Assembly (NCBI RefSeq): GCF_009914755.1
Contig: NC_060947.1
Length of the DNA stretch: 64,000 bases
Reading direction: 5' to 3' (one strand)
Source of the DNA: the human T2T-CHM13v2.0 reference genome, Homo sapiens
Under the pieces are notes generated by a model. The model did not search any database and was not told where the DNA came from. It saw only the letters and a program-made list of their open reading frames with translations. Shown in pieces: positions 1 through 15,583 of the stretch (position 1 is the first letter of the stretch; each line of letters begins with the position of its first letter). The position numbers and the translations under genes were made by a program.

Positions 1-2261
1 TCCAAGTTAATTTAATTTGCTCTCCATTTTTTTTTCATCTTTTTCTTGATTAATGCTCTCAGTTCTTGACAATTACTTCCATTTCATCAATTCTACAAAA
101 AGAGTCTGTTTTGAGATAAGAAAAAAAGAATCTCTGTTCCCTTTATCTGCAGAGTGAAATATACTTTACTTAAAATCCAACATTTCTATATATTAGTAAC
201 TTGCCTCCATGTCAACTTTTATCTGTAAGAGTCTACTGCATCTTTCCCAGAGAGTGTTGCAAAGGCACAGAGCAGAAAAGTGAGTTTACTGATTATGCAG
301 CCCTGTTGGTGTTACTTGAGTCCAAATGTTGGCTTAGATGGTGTTTTCAGAACTCCTAAGTGGATGTTTATGTCTGCAAATGGAAGCACTGAGTAGCTAG
401 ATTTTCAGGGCCAACGCGGGGGAGTCAGTCCTGAGTGGTGGTTTGCTCAATCATTGGCATTTGGTTGCATGAGCTGTTTTCAAATGTGCCTCTGCTACCT
501 TGACAGTCCTGTAAGCCACTTGTATATGCTGTTCTCCATCTGTTAAGTATGCTAACACACAATGGAGAAAGGAAATAAGATAGGGAGTGGCAAAGGAAAA
601 AACTTAAAGCTATGAAGATGTGGAATCTGGCGGAGAAGAATGGCTATAGAGTCGTGGGCTCCCATGAGTCCTGGAAGGGACTAGACAACCTCTTCTGCGG
701 GGCTGCTATACAGGTGCTCCAACAGGGAAGGCATGTCACTAAATTTGCTCTGGCCTTGAGTTGTTCCATGGAGACTTTGGGTGGCTGTTGAGCTATTGGC
801 CCAATGCTATCCCCACGAGGATTCCATTTCTCTTGGATTGTGTTGGGTTTTATGCAATGTGGTTACAGTCAGTGTGGTGCTTCAGAGTGTCTCAAGCTTA
901 CCTTTGCTGGGTAGTCAGCATCATTGTGCTCCATGCGCCAGTTCATGTCTCTGGCTTTTCCCCTTGTTAAGACCCCATTCAATTGAATAAGGCTGCCTGT
1001 GGCAGGCAGGCCTGGCAGGCTGCCGTGGCTGGACTTGAGAAAAGTGAGGACTACAAGCCTAAAGCCAAGCTCGCGATTGGAGGCCCGCCCATCTGATCAG
1101 TTCTGGTCTCTCAGTGGGAAGTTCAACCCCTCACCCCAGATAAGTATTGCATGTCTGAAAAAGGCTTTGAAGAGAGATGCAAAGGGCTTAAGGGTGCACT
1201 GGGACATTAATATTATGATTACCTAAAGACAGTAAGGAGCCAGGGATGTGAACCATTGCTGCCAGAATGGGATCTGGTTTCTGAAAGCAAAGGTGATAAA
1301 ATTAGCATCCAGCCACTTGACTAGTCCACACTCATCCTTTCCTCTGATAATGGCATGGCTGGTATACTTCATTCAGATAGTCACTGGCTCGGCCGGCTCT
1401 CCACTAAACGGGGCTCTCAGAAGCAAACCAAACAGTATCCACTTGTATGTGTTTATGCCTGTGGCAATTTCAGATTGTTCCTGTCAAAATGTACCTGTTT
1501 TCCAAAATGTCTTTTTAAATCCAAGTTTCACATTTGTGGGGAGGTGGGGGAAGTAATTAACATTTTATAAAGTAAGCTGGAGAAACTGGCTCCTATAATT
1601 GACATAGAAATGGTATGTGGATATTGCTGTCAGAAATTGAGCAGGACCTTGAACCTGATAGTAGTGAGCCCAGGCCTAGGAACTGGGTGTGTTCCTTGAT
1701 CTCTTGTTTGTTCTGGGCCCTGATAGGAAAGGAACTCCCTGGAGGTCGCAGACCTTGGTCCCACCTTACATTGTTTGTCATTCAGAGAGGACACTGAAGC
1801 TCAGAAGAAGTCAGGAGCTGGCTCAAGGCCCCACAGCAACGAAGCAGTAAAGCCTCTCAAAAGCCAGCCTCTTGACTCCTAGGCCAGCTCTTAAGTCTAC
1901 CCCAGTAGAATGTCTGGCACCTTTATAGGTCCCTTTGTTCTCTGCTACCCAACTGCATTTGCATTGAAGTTAGTAATTTTTTAAGGTTGGCATTCTTTCC
2001 AGAGCCATTTGCCACAAGGGGGAATTCTTGCACTCACTCATTAATTTATCATTGTGCACCTGCCACATGCCAGGCTGGCTTCTACGGACTGGACATTCAG
2101 CATGAGTCTCCTATTTTGGAGGGGAGAGACAGACAGAAAAACAATCAGCATTGTTTTCTGCACCATGACAATGTTTCACTCCATCCAGCAGCTATCATCA
2201 CAGTGGCCAGGTTTCCCTCTGCTAGGACTGGAATGGAGGCTTGGAGGAAGACAGTGCCACT

Positions 2262-2518
2262 AGCTAACATCGGTAGGGCTTACCACATGTCAACAACTGT
2301 TCTAAGCATATTACAGATGTGCCTTTGATCCTCACCACATCCTTACAAGGCAGATGCTATTATTATCATCTCTCTTTTACAGATGAGGAAATAGATAAAC
2401 ACAGAGAGGTTGAATATCTTCCTGCAAGGCCACACAGCTCATCAGTGGCAGAGCTAAGATTCAAACACAGACCACTGGGTGCCAGAGTTCAGCTTGAACC
2501 ACCTGACTACACTGCCTG
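2262..2518 (-). mobile_element. MIR SINE
   Basis: Core ttttacagatgaggaaa...agaggtt...caaggccacacagct...gagctaagattcaaac. Confidence 0.8.
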
Positions 2519-2534
2519 TCAGGATGGCTTAGAA

Positions 2535-2750
2535 CAAGCTTGTCCAACCCATGGCCGGTGGGCTGTGTGGAGCCCAGGATGGCTTTGGATGCGGCCCAAC
2601 ACAAATTTGTAAACTTTGTTAAAACATTATGAAGTTTTTTTTGATTTTTTTAGCTCATCAGTTATTGTTAGTTTTAGTGTATTTTATGTACGGCCCAGGA
2701 CAATTCTTCTTCCACTGTGGCCCAGGGAAGTAAAAAATTGGACACCCCTG
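2535..2750 (-). mobile_element. MER30 (hAT-Charlie non-autonomous DNA transposon)
   Basis: Ends caagcttgtccaa and ttggacacccctg. 8-bp TSD gcttagaa (2527-2534) / gcttagag (2751-2758). Confidence 0.88.
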
Positions 2751-4352
2751 GCTTAGAGTCTAAAGCCTCTCCTGCATTCCCAGACCCCGCTAAGTCCAAG
2801 GAGGCATACCAGCCAGGCCAGGGTCCTCCCTACTAAGGGTAAGCACCTTCACTCTGGAAGGAAGTCAGAGGCAGCCATGTACTGGCTAGGTATCGCCAGG
2901 CCTGACCAGTGCTCCGTTCCCCTTCCTCAGCCAAAGTGCTTTCCTCTGGGATAGGAACCACAGCCCCATTTGCTTCACAGGATGGTTGTGAGGCTCCAGG
3001 GAGCTGGCTCCAATTACACCAGCCCCTGTCCCCCACAAGTTTGCCAGCACTGATGGCCCCCCACCCCAACTCTGGATTCCAAGCTGGGACATCAGGTTTA
3101 GCAGAGGATGATAGATTGTTGCCTTGCTTGATGAGTTCTTTGCCACTGCTCCCTGTGCTTTGGAGCAGTCTTGCCAGCAGCAAGTCCAGTTCAGCCTTTG
3201 GTATGCACAATGCCTCTTGGCCTCCAACCACCTGGAAAAGCTCTAGCTGAGGCCGCTTTAATGAACAGAGGGGATATGTACAAGTAGGACCAGAGGTTGC
3301 TCAGAGGCTGTCTGTCATGTCTAGGATGCTGCCACCACATCCCACATTGCCCCAATCTCAAGATTTCCCTAAAAACCTGCCCAGTGAGACCCTTTGCTGC
3401 CAAGGACACTTTCTCTGGCTGATTTCCTTGCTTCCCCGGTCCCAGCAAGCCACCTGTCAGGAGTTGTGAGCCCCAGAAGCAGAAACTAAACTTACTTATT
3501 GACAGGAACAGCAGGCAGGCTGCCAGTGAATGGAATTCACTTCATTTAACTGGCCTGTTTGCTGTGCAAATCACATGATTTTTAGTCAAATTTAGGGAAT
3601 AAAAATTTAATAATTAAAACCATATGATCGAGAACCATATTTTTAAAAGTTAATGATTTAAAGTGCCCCCACAAAATGTTCTAAAACTAAAATGGTGTTT
3701 GTGTGGGGATACAGATTTTCATAGAAGGAAACATAATCAAACACTTATTAAGAAGAGAGAAGTCCATGTGTCAGCATGTTGACAATACTGGGATTCTATT
3801 TTGTACTTTTGGCTACAAACAACAATGTGAAGGCTCTGAGACTCGTGACTTGACATCCAAACACATCAAAACAATTAGGAGTGTGAGAGGGAAAGATTTC
3901 AGTTCTCCCTGAAATCTCATACCTAACTAACTGGGAACAACATGTGAAGCTCTCCCCAGTCTTCCTTGCATTGTACCCCCACCCCTCCAGGCTTCCCCTA
4001 AGCTTCAAGCACTGACACAGACGGAGAAACCACCTGCACTCCCTGCAAATCTACCTCTTCAGCTCCATCATCAGGCTCTTTCCCTTCTTGCATCCCTCAA
4101 GATGGACTCTACATCTTAGCTGGCTCTCCACCAGCTGAAACCTTTTAGGTGCTTCTTGCCAGTTCTTCCACTGGTCCAGCCATACTTCTCACTGGCATCT
4201 CAAGCTCAACCCCATAGACTCCATGTGGACTGATGGAGTTTGCCTTAAGCCCTTACAGAGTTGTTACAACTTCCCCCACTAACTTGATTTCACGGCTACC
4301 CTTTATTTCCTCGCCCTCTCTTCCCCGCCCCATCCATAAACAGCCTTACGAG

Positions 4353-4682
<330 letters not shown>

Positions 4683-5308
4683 TGCTTTTAAGTTAAGGTA
4701 AGTACTATTAATTTTACTCCTATCACAACTCTCCTTTAGCTACCTGAGGCATTGCAAACCTGACTTGGACATTTTTGGGGTGTTCACTTGCTGGTATCTG
4801 TATTTCTTGTTACTGTGGGTGATCAGATCACCGCTCCTACTTATTCATGGATCTTGAGAGATCATCTGAGATGTCTTTTTGCTTACAGACCACTCAGTTG
4901 CCCTTACTTGACTTCTCTTCCACAGTATTTCTTGAATCCTTCCCTTCTGTGTAAGTGTCATATGGTCGCTGTTTTGGAAATGCAATGATGGAAGCTCAGC
5001 CATCACTGGAAATCTGTGGGCCCAGGGCAATTCATAAGCCTGGACATTGATGAGTTTGCTACGGAGGTGCAGCTTCTCCCTTTCCACGCTACCCAGGAAC
5101 ACTGTTTGAGAACAAAAGACTGAATCAGGAATGCAAAGAGAAGCACGAGGCAGGGGAGAAGAGAAGAAACCCTGTTCCACTAAAAAGAAACAAACAGTTG
5201 AAGGCTCATCACACCAAGAAGAGGAAAGGGGAGAGGTAGCAGCTTCTTCAGGAGAGGCAGCAGCACCTGATGAATGCAACCTATCTATATGAATCACAAC
5301 CAGAGTCA

Positions 5309-5331
5309 GGGGGAAAGGGGGAAGGGGTGGG
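5309..5331 (+). other. G-quadruplex-forming motif G5 A3 G5 A2 G4 T G3
   Basis: gggggaaagggggaaggggtggg: four G-runs with 1-3 nt loops. Confidence 0.6.
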
Positions 5332-5683
5332 AGGAGCTACAAGAATGTACCCCTGAAAGAGAAAAGAGATAAAGAGACACCACACCCCTGGAGTCCCTGA
5401 ATAGCAAAGAGACTGTCATACCCCACAGAAGGAGAAACCAGAGTCTTTGGAGAAAAGTTTCAGGCTTCTTCATAGAATAGGAGAATGATCTTTAATGTAC
5501 AAAGGATAGAACTCCTCAGTTGGCCTTGAAGTCTGTGATGGAGGAAGTGATTGTGAGAGAACTGCCTGGTCATCGATGGCCAGGGCAAACGACATGCTAG
5601 GGTGCTGAGGGAGAGAGAGAGAGAGCACTTGCTAACAAGACTGTGAGCTTTTATCATGGAGCATTAAGGAACCACAGAAAACT

Positions 5684-5685
<2 letters not shown>

Positions 5686-5715
<30 letters not shown>
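5686..5715 (+). repeat. Pure A30 homopolymer
   Basis: Read directly from the sequence. Confidence 0.95.
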
Positions 5716-5721
<6 letters not shown>

Positions 5722-5729
5722 TAAACTAC

Positions 5730-6640
5730 TAGATGGGCATGTACTTCCAAATTTCCGAAGGAAAATTCCTTTAACTGAATATCTTATGTAGCTATGGTTT
5801 GCTTGATGTGGCCCCCCTGGAAAAATTCAGGAACATACTATTAAAAGAATAGTGAGTGAGTGCTTAGAAAAGGAAGCCAGCGCAAAGTGTGTTTAAGACA
5901 AAAGCAAAAAAGAGCTCATTAGGAGTAGCTTGCTGTGTTAGAATAGCTTACCTTTTTTGTTGGAAGAGCTCACCAGGCAGGTGGATCACAGAAAAGCAGG
6001 CAAGTGTTTTTGAACCTCAGCAAAGCACTAGGCAGCATCTGTTGTAAAATCTTCATTTACAGCCCAGTTATGTGATTGCGTAACCAATTAAAAGACTGAA
6101 TCTAAAGGCCATGGATAATGGATTAACACCCTCCCTTACAGAGAGGGACCTGGAGGCAAGTCCCAGGGCTGCCTCCCGGCTTCCTTCACTTTTTCTCAAT
6201 GATCTGGAGGAGGATTGAGAATTCACTCTTACCACATTTGCCCCTGAGATAGTGCCAGAAGGTGATGAGTTCTCTGTAGCATGAAATTGAGATCCAAAAA
6301 GATCTTGACGAGCTCAAGATGGTCATGGGAAATTTAACAGGGATAAATGGCAAGTTCTACATTTGGGTTATCTGCTGAAGTATAGTGTGGAGGAAATGTG
6401 GCTTGAGAAAAAAACTAGGGACTGTTAATTGCAGTCATCTTGGTATAATTCAGCAGTGAGCTGGGCCTGCCAGCAATCCAGTACCATCATCTCAGGCTGC
6501 TCTACAAACTATGACCTGTAGGCATCAGGGTGAAGGTGCTGCTTTTTGACAACCCTTAAGCATGGAGCTCAGTTCATATCAGTCATATAGACAAGTAGAG
6601 GTATCCAGGCTCTTGAGACACCAGGGTGATGAGGAGGCTT
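5730..6640 (+). mobile_element. Ancient L3/CR1 LINE RT-region remnant
   Basis: CR1-like segments tcaatgatctggaggagg...acatttgc, gatccaaaaagatcttgac and aaatttaacagggataaatggcaagttctacatttggg. Highly diverged. Confidence 0.6.
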
Positions 6641-8893
6641 ATAACTGCATGCATGCATGCAGCCAGTGAATGATCTCCCTGGGCTGAGACTTGAACCCAG
6701 GGCTCCCAGTTCCAACTTCAGCGCTTTTTAGAGAACACCTGTGCAAGACTCAGCAGGCAGCATGTCTGCTGCATACTGGATACCAAGCCATGGATTCATT
6801 TTATTCTGATTCTTCTGGGTATATTGACAAATGCTGTGAGAATTGGAAAACATTTTAATGGAAAGCAAAGACCCTATTGACCTTCGCAGATGTGTGGGCT
6901 ACCCCCTCTAACTTCCAATGCCCAAGAGAAACTCAGCAGAAATACTCTCTCATAAAAAGCAATTTCTTAAACGAATATAAAATGAATTCCATAAACCGCC
7001 AGAGGCATCTTCATCATTTAAAAGGTAAGCGTCATTAAAACAATACCTTTCAGATGCATTAAGGTTACATCGTTAACAGGACTTTACTGTACCTTAACTT
7101 TGAATACAGAATACAATACAGAATGAAAAGTTTGTCTCTTTTCTATACCTTTTCTACAATTCTCTCATACTTGCTTTGCATAAGCAAAAAGAGGAAGGAT
7201 GAGTACTGGAATCAGTATGACATAGGCAGCTTGATTAGATGAATAAACAAATGGCTAATTGGATGAATGAACTGCAAAGTCTTGGCACACAACTGCTTAT
7301 TCGGAGTGTTTCTGAATTGATAATCAACTATGCTTACAGTCGAGGAATGGTAGTGGATGACATTCCACTGGACAGCTCTGTGGGTCTGAAACATGTTAAA
7401 GTAACATGCCTTTCAAGCTCTAGCTGTGTGAATCCTTAAACCCCAGAAATATAAGTTTGTATTTGACCCAAAATGGAGTTAAATATTTATCCTTGAAGGA
7501 ATTGGAGCAAAAAAGGCTATCAAAGTTGTGGAGGTGCTACAGATTTCGATTTTGGAGAAATCAGTTCAGAAGAAATAAATACAATGGACAAAGTCAAGCT
7601 CAGGAGAAACTAGAGCTGCTTACTCTCTGGCTGGCTCAAGATGTCTCTTCAGGTGAGCACAGTTGACTGGGGGCCCCTGAGAAGAATGGAATAAGCCTGA
7701 AACCAGATGTTGGTCGTTTTCCTGGAACTTCCTCCTCCTAGTTAACTAGCACATTGCACATGTGGCCTCAACAGTTATAAGCTTTGTCCAGGGGCATGTT
7801 TTCCTGTTGACTCCAGGAGGAGAGTTTTGGTTTTTTTCAAATGTCTTGTTCACCCTGATATGAGCTCTTGGGCTTATGGGATAGAATAGTTTTGAGCAAC
7901 GGATCAAATGATTTACATCTAAGATCTGCTTGGGACTCGGCAGGTTCTCCTTTGCTCACCATAGATCACAACAATGGAACTTTGTGTTTGATAAATAGGG
8001 GAACTCGACGTAACACAGGCAATAGAAATAGAATCATATTGTTTTAACTGTGGAAATAAACTCTTCCTAATTTCAACCAGGGTAGCCTGTTGAAAGTGTT
8101 CATGTCAGTTTTCCCTTCCAGCTCTCTTAGAAGCCAAAAGCTGGCTGGCTGCAAAACACTCGTCTTGTCTATTTATCATGCCATGCAACAGAATGGCTGC
8201 CTATAAAATTGCATTTGTCTTTAATGCCTGCTTGTATGCGTTTGGTTGCTTACGTTTTCGAAGGGAAGTGTCTGGGAACCATTTCCGAAATGCGCAGCAA
8301 TTTTCCCACTGTCTTTGGAAACCAGAGCCATTGTTGCCAACTCACAATAGATACATATCTTGAAAATTAAATTGTTCCCTCCAAAGCTGGTGGTAGCAGC
8401 CTTCTCTGTTTTCTTTCATTTGTGAAATAATATCTAAAATATTTGCAAAGAAGTGGTTCCAAGAATGGAGATAATTTATTTCATCATTATAAGTAATGAA
8501 AGCACATTTTCTTCACATGAGATGGGATTTCACATGAAGTCTCTAAGCGCAACACTACGGTTTTTTTCCTATTATTCTAAATCCATCTAAAGAGTGGAAT
8601 GTATTAAGGAAGACAACTTAAATGTGAACTCTTAACAAATCTTTTCTTGCCTCACATAGTCTTTTTTCTTTCTTTCTTTCTTTTTTTTTATTATACTTTA
8701 AGTTTTAGGGTACATGTTCACATTGTGCAGGTTAGTTACATATGTATACATGTGCCATGCTGGTGTGCTGCACCCACTAACTCGTCATCTAGCATGAGGT
8801 ATATCTCCCAATGCTATCCCTCCCCCCTACCCCACCCCACAACAGTCCCCAGAGTGTGATATTCCCCTTCCTGTGTCCATGTGATCTCATTGT

Positions 8894-11146
<2,253 letters not shown>

Positions 11147-11209
11147 TATGATGTTAGCTGGTTATTTTGCTTGTTAGTTGATGCAGTTTCTTCCTAGTCT
11201 CGATGGTCT

Positions 11210-12226
11210 TTACATTTTGGCATGATTTTGCAGCGGCTGGTACCAGTTGTTCCTTTCCATGTTTAGTGCTTCCTTCAGGAGCTCTTGTAAGGCAGGCCTG
11301 GTGGTGACAAAATCTCTCAGCATTTGCTTGTCTGTAAAGTATTTTATTTCTCCTTCACTTATGAAGCTTAGTTTGGCTGGATATGAAATTCTGGGTTGAA
11401 AATTCTTTTCTTTAAGAATGTTGAATATTGGCCCCCACTCTCTTCTGGCTTGTAGGGTTTCTGCCGAGAGATCCGCTGTTAGTCTGATGGGCTTCCCTTT
11501 GTGGGTAACCCGACCTTTCTCTCTGGCTGCCCTTAACATTTTTTCCTTCATTTCAACTTTGGTGAATCTGACAATTATGTGTCTTGGAGTTGCTCTTCTC
11601 GAGGAGTATCTTTGTGGCATTCTCTGTATTTCCTGAATCTGAACGTTGGCCTGCCTTGCTAGATTGGGGAAGTTCTCCTGGATAATATCCTGCAGAGTGT
11701 TTTCCAACTTGGTTCCATTCTCCCCATCACTTTCAGGTACATCAATCAGACGTAGATTTGGTCTTTTCACATAGTCCCATATTTCTTGGAGGCTTTGCTC
11801 ATTTCTTTTTATTCTTTTTTCTCTAAACTTCCCTTCTCGCTTCATTTCATTCATTTCATCTTCCATTGCTGATACCCTTTCTTCCAGTTGATCGCATCGG
11901 CTCCTGAGGCTTCTGCATTCTTCACGTAGTTCTCGAGCCTTGGTTTTCAGCTCCATCAGCTCCTTTAAGCACTTCTCTGTATTGGTTATTCTAGTTATAC
12001 ATTCTTCTAAATTTTTTTCAAAGTTTTCAACTTCTTTGCCTTTGGTTTGAATGTCCTCCCATAGCTCAGAGTAATTTGATCGTCTAAAGCCTTCTTCTCT
12101 CAGCTCGTCAAAGTCATTCTCCATCCAGCTTTGTTCCGTTGCTGGTGAGGAACTGCGTTCCTTTGGAGGAGGAGAGGTGCTCTGCTTTTTAGAGTTTCCA
12201 GTTTTTCTGTTCTGTTTTTTCCACAT
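11210..12226 (-). CDS. LINE-1 ORF1p, uninterrupted 338 aa
   Basis: Full-length frame with coiled coil, RRM and CTD; REKG, ARR and YPAKLS motifs intact; G2W and LRLIDVPE (G>D) substitutions. Expression not shown. Confidence 0.85.
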   Translation of the reverse strand: MWKKQNRKTGNSKKQSTSPPPKERSSSPATEQSWMENDFDELREEGFRRSNYSELWEDIQTKGKEVENFEKNLEECITRITNTEKCLKELMELKTKARELREECRSLRSRCDQLEERVSAMEDEMNEMKREGKFREKRIKRNEQSLQEIWDYVKRPNLRLIDVPESDGENGTKLENTLQDIIQENFPNLARQANVQIQEIQRMPQRYSSRRATPRHIIVRFTKVEMKEKMLRAAREKGRVTHKGKPIRLTADLSAETLQARREWGPIFNILKEKNFQPRISYPAKLSFISEGEIKYFTDKQMLRDFVTTRPALQELLKEALNMERNNWYQPLQNHAKM

Positions 12227-13118
12227 CTTTGTTGTTTTATCTACTTTTGGTCTTTGATGATGGTGATGTACAGATGGGTTTTTGGTGTGGATGTACTTTC
12301 TGTTTGTTAGTTTTCCTTCTAACAGAGAGGACCCTCAGCTACAGGTCTGTTGGAGTACCCTGCCATGTGAGGTGTCAGTGTGCCCCTGCTGGGGGTGCCT
12401 CCCAGTTAGGCTGCTCGGGGGTCAGGGGTCAGGGACCCACTTGAGGAGGCAGTCTGCCCGTTCTCAGATCTCCAGCTGTGTGCTGGGAGAACCACTGCTC
12501 TCTTCAAAGCTGTCAGACAGGGACATTTAAGTCTGCAGAGGTTACTGCTGTCTTTTTGTTTGTCTGTGCCCTGCCCCCAGAGGTGGAGCCTACAGAGGCA
12601 GGCAGGCCTCCTTGAGCTGTGGTGGGCTCCACCCAGTTCGAGATTCCCGGCTGCTTTGTTTACCTAATCAAGCCTGGGCAATGGCGGGCGCCCCTCCCCC
12701 AGCCTCGCTGCTGCCTTGCAGTTTGATCTGACTGCTGTGCTAGCAATCAGCGAGACTCCGTGGGCGTAGGACCCTCTGAGCCAGGTGCGGGATATAATCT
12801 CGTGGTGCGCCGTGTTTTAAGCCCGTGGGAAAAGCACAGTATTCAGGTGGGAGTGACCCGATTTTCCAGGTGCCGTCAGTCACCCCTTTCTTTGACTCAG
12901 AAAGGGAACTCCCTGACCCCTTGCGCTTCCCAGGTGAGGCAATGCCTCGCCCTGCTTCGCTCGCGCACGGTGCACGCACCCACTGACCTGCACCCACTGT
13001 CTGGCACTCCCTAGTGAGATGAACCCGGTACCTCAGATGGAAATGGAGAAATCACCCGTCTTCTGCGTCGCTCACGCTGGGAGCTGTAGACCGGAGCTGT
13101 TCCTATTCAGCCATCTTG
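12227..13118. promoter_or_regulatory. L1 5'UTR bidirectional promoter; the antisense promoter points toward the MAMLD1 coding exons; truncated ORF0 at 12681-12731
   Basis: CpG-rich L1PA 5'UTR. ORF0 start MAGAPPPASLLPCSLI then stop. + strand donor-like sites at 12785, 12847 and 12934. Confidence 0.7.
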
Positions 13119-14081
13119 CCATTTTTCTTCTTTCTTTCTTTAATGGCTATTCTGGTTCTTCTCTTAACTCACTGCTACTTTTGGCCACTTGTTAAACACT
13201 CTTTCTCTCCCTACCCACCTTCTTAGGTAGTTTTCTCTGTTGGACTTACCACCAGTATAATTGGAGACAGAGGCTAGACATGTATGCAAACCTATAGGGA
13301 CATCCCCTCAAAATGCCGAGTGACAACTGCCCACATCTCTTTCTTAGCTGTGAGTTTGTTTTCTGACACTTTCTTTTTAGAACGTGTTGGGCTCTAAGTT
13401 TGCTGAATAATCTTGAGCATTGTCCCAATTAATGATTCAGGGCTTCAATTCCCCAGATTGCTTTGCTTGAAATCTGGGGGAAGAGGGATGTCTCACTAGT
13501 CTTTGGTTTAATGTGGAAAGAAGGGACCCCAAGCTCCACCCAACCCCACTGGGAATCTGGAGGCGGTCTAAGATCTTTCCAGCAGCCACTGAAGGGAAGT
13601 CTGTTCGTACCCTCCTCTGGCTGGGGAATTGTAATCGGTGGATGACCATAGAGGAAAGCTAGTCACCAACACAGGGATGATGCCAGCTGGCAAGCCTCGT
13701 AGAGTCCTCCTGGCCAAGCTCTTTAGTACATTGAAAGAAAGTGCAACTCAGAGAGGTGAAGCTACTCGTCTGTCAGCTTGCCAGGGAGAGGTTGAAACCT
13801 CAGTGATGTCGGCACTTCTTTAAGGAGAGGCGGTCACTGGACAGCCTGGGAGGCTGCCTTGCAGATTTATGAGGCTTCTATCCAGGATCTTTCAGAATGT
13901 GGACCCAAGGAAATATTACATAGAGCGTCTGTCTTTAAGTCCGGTCTGCTGGGCTCATGCCCTGGCTTGGGATTCAGGGAATCTGACTTCTAGAGTCATC
14001 TCTCACCATCTTTTGCTAGCATATGTTCCTGGGTGAGTCTCTTCCTCAGTTTCCCTATCTGTACAAGAAGGGGATTGGACC

Positions 14082-14383
<302 letters not shown>

Positions 14384-15009
14384 TGGACTTTATAATCTCT
14401 AGTTTTCCCTCCTGATATTAACATTCTAGGATTCTAACCAAGCTTTGCTATAAAAAAGGAGGAGAACAAAAAGGGATTGCTGTCCTTCAGCTCAGTTGCT
14501 GTCTCCATTGCCTGCATTGAAAAAAAAGGGCTGCCCTTCCCTTGTGCCTTTAGTGCACACAGCACCACCCTGTCCAAGGGGCTTTCTGGTTCAAGGTCTC
14601 ATTTGATCCTTATGTGCACCATGGGAGGGGAGGAGAGTAAAGAGGATCAGCCCCATTTTGTAGATCAGGAACCTGAGACTCAAAGAGGTCAAATGACCTA
14701 TGGATGGAAGTGGAACTCAGGTCTCCTGGTCCTCAACCCCATGTTCGTTTCATTATTTCTCCTAGACCGCCAGCTAAAAATGCTTTGCAAGCCTTTGTTG
14801 GGCCAGCTGGTATGACTGGCACCTGGGCCCAAGTGTAACATGTTTGCAAACTGTTTCTACACTCTGAGGCAACTGCCTGCTGAAATTACTACAAAACCAA
14901 ACAATTTCCAACATTTTCCTCCTGCCTAGTGCAACATTTCCAGTTGTTCCTGTAGGGTAAGTCTAGGGACACATTGTTTTTAAAATCATTTCCAGGGGGG
15001 AAAAACATT

Positions 15010-15015
<6 letters not shown>

Positions 15016-15059
<44 letters not shown>
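15016..15059 (+). repeat. (TG)22 microsatellite
   Basis: Read directly from the sequence. Confidence 0.95.
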
Positions 15060-15060
<1 letters not shown>

Positions 15061-15276
15061 ACCTTTGGGGCTACGGTTGAGCAGTCCATAAGGGCAGAAA
15101 AGGAAAAGACCAGCTGCTGCCCCTGTTTCCTTTGCTAGTCAGCTGTAGAACAACCGGAGTAGCAATTTGAGAGGAAGATAGAGGAATCTATGCCTACCAG
15201 TACTGATGGGGATAACCCCAAGCTTAAAGAGGGGGCCCTTTTCCTCCAGGGCTTCTAGTGCCATAGTGCTTTCCAG

Positions 15277-15277
15277 A

Positions 15278-15312
<35 letters not shown>
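15277..15312 (+). repeat. (GA)n microsatellite
   Basis: Read directly from the sequence. Confidence 0.9.
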
Positions 15313-15313
<1 letters not shown>

Positions 15314-15527
15314 TATACCAACTAATGAGTGGTATGTTGTGTCCCTGCAATGGACACTGGAACAGCACCCTCCAACACACACCAACTTTGGTGGTCGACT
15401 ATGGAAAAGCTTAAGGGAATTAAGCCTGTAGGCATTTAGCTCATGAGAAAACTAGCACGGAGATCACTTGAATTTTCAGTTTGGACTGCCACTTTAAATC
15501 CAAGGTATCTTTGAATTCTCAAAGTGT

Positions 15528-15583
15528 ATGATGTTTATAGCATAGGAAAAGATGATGCTTATAGCATAGGAAAAGATGATGCT
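15528..15583 (+). repeat. 24-bp tandem duplication, about 2.3 copies of atgatgcttatagcataggaaaag
   Basis: Units at 15528-15551 and 15552-15575 with one mismatch, plus a partial third copy. Confidence 0.9.

Noticed and set aside
2833-3250. Three overlapping 113-132 aa ORFs on both strands
   Set aside because: No recognisable homology, non-ATG starts, and no poly(A)/TSD or convincing splice context. Likely chance.
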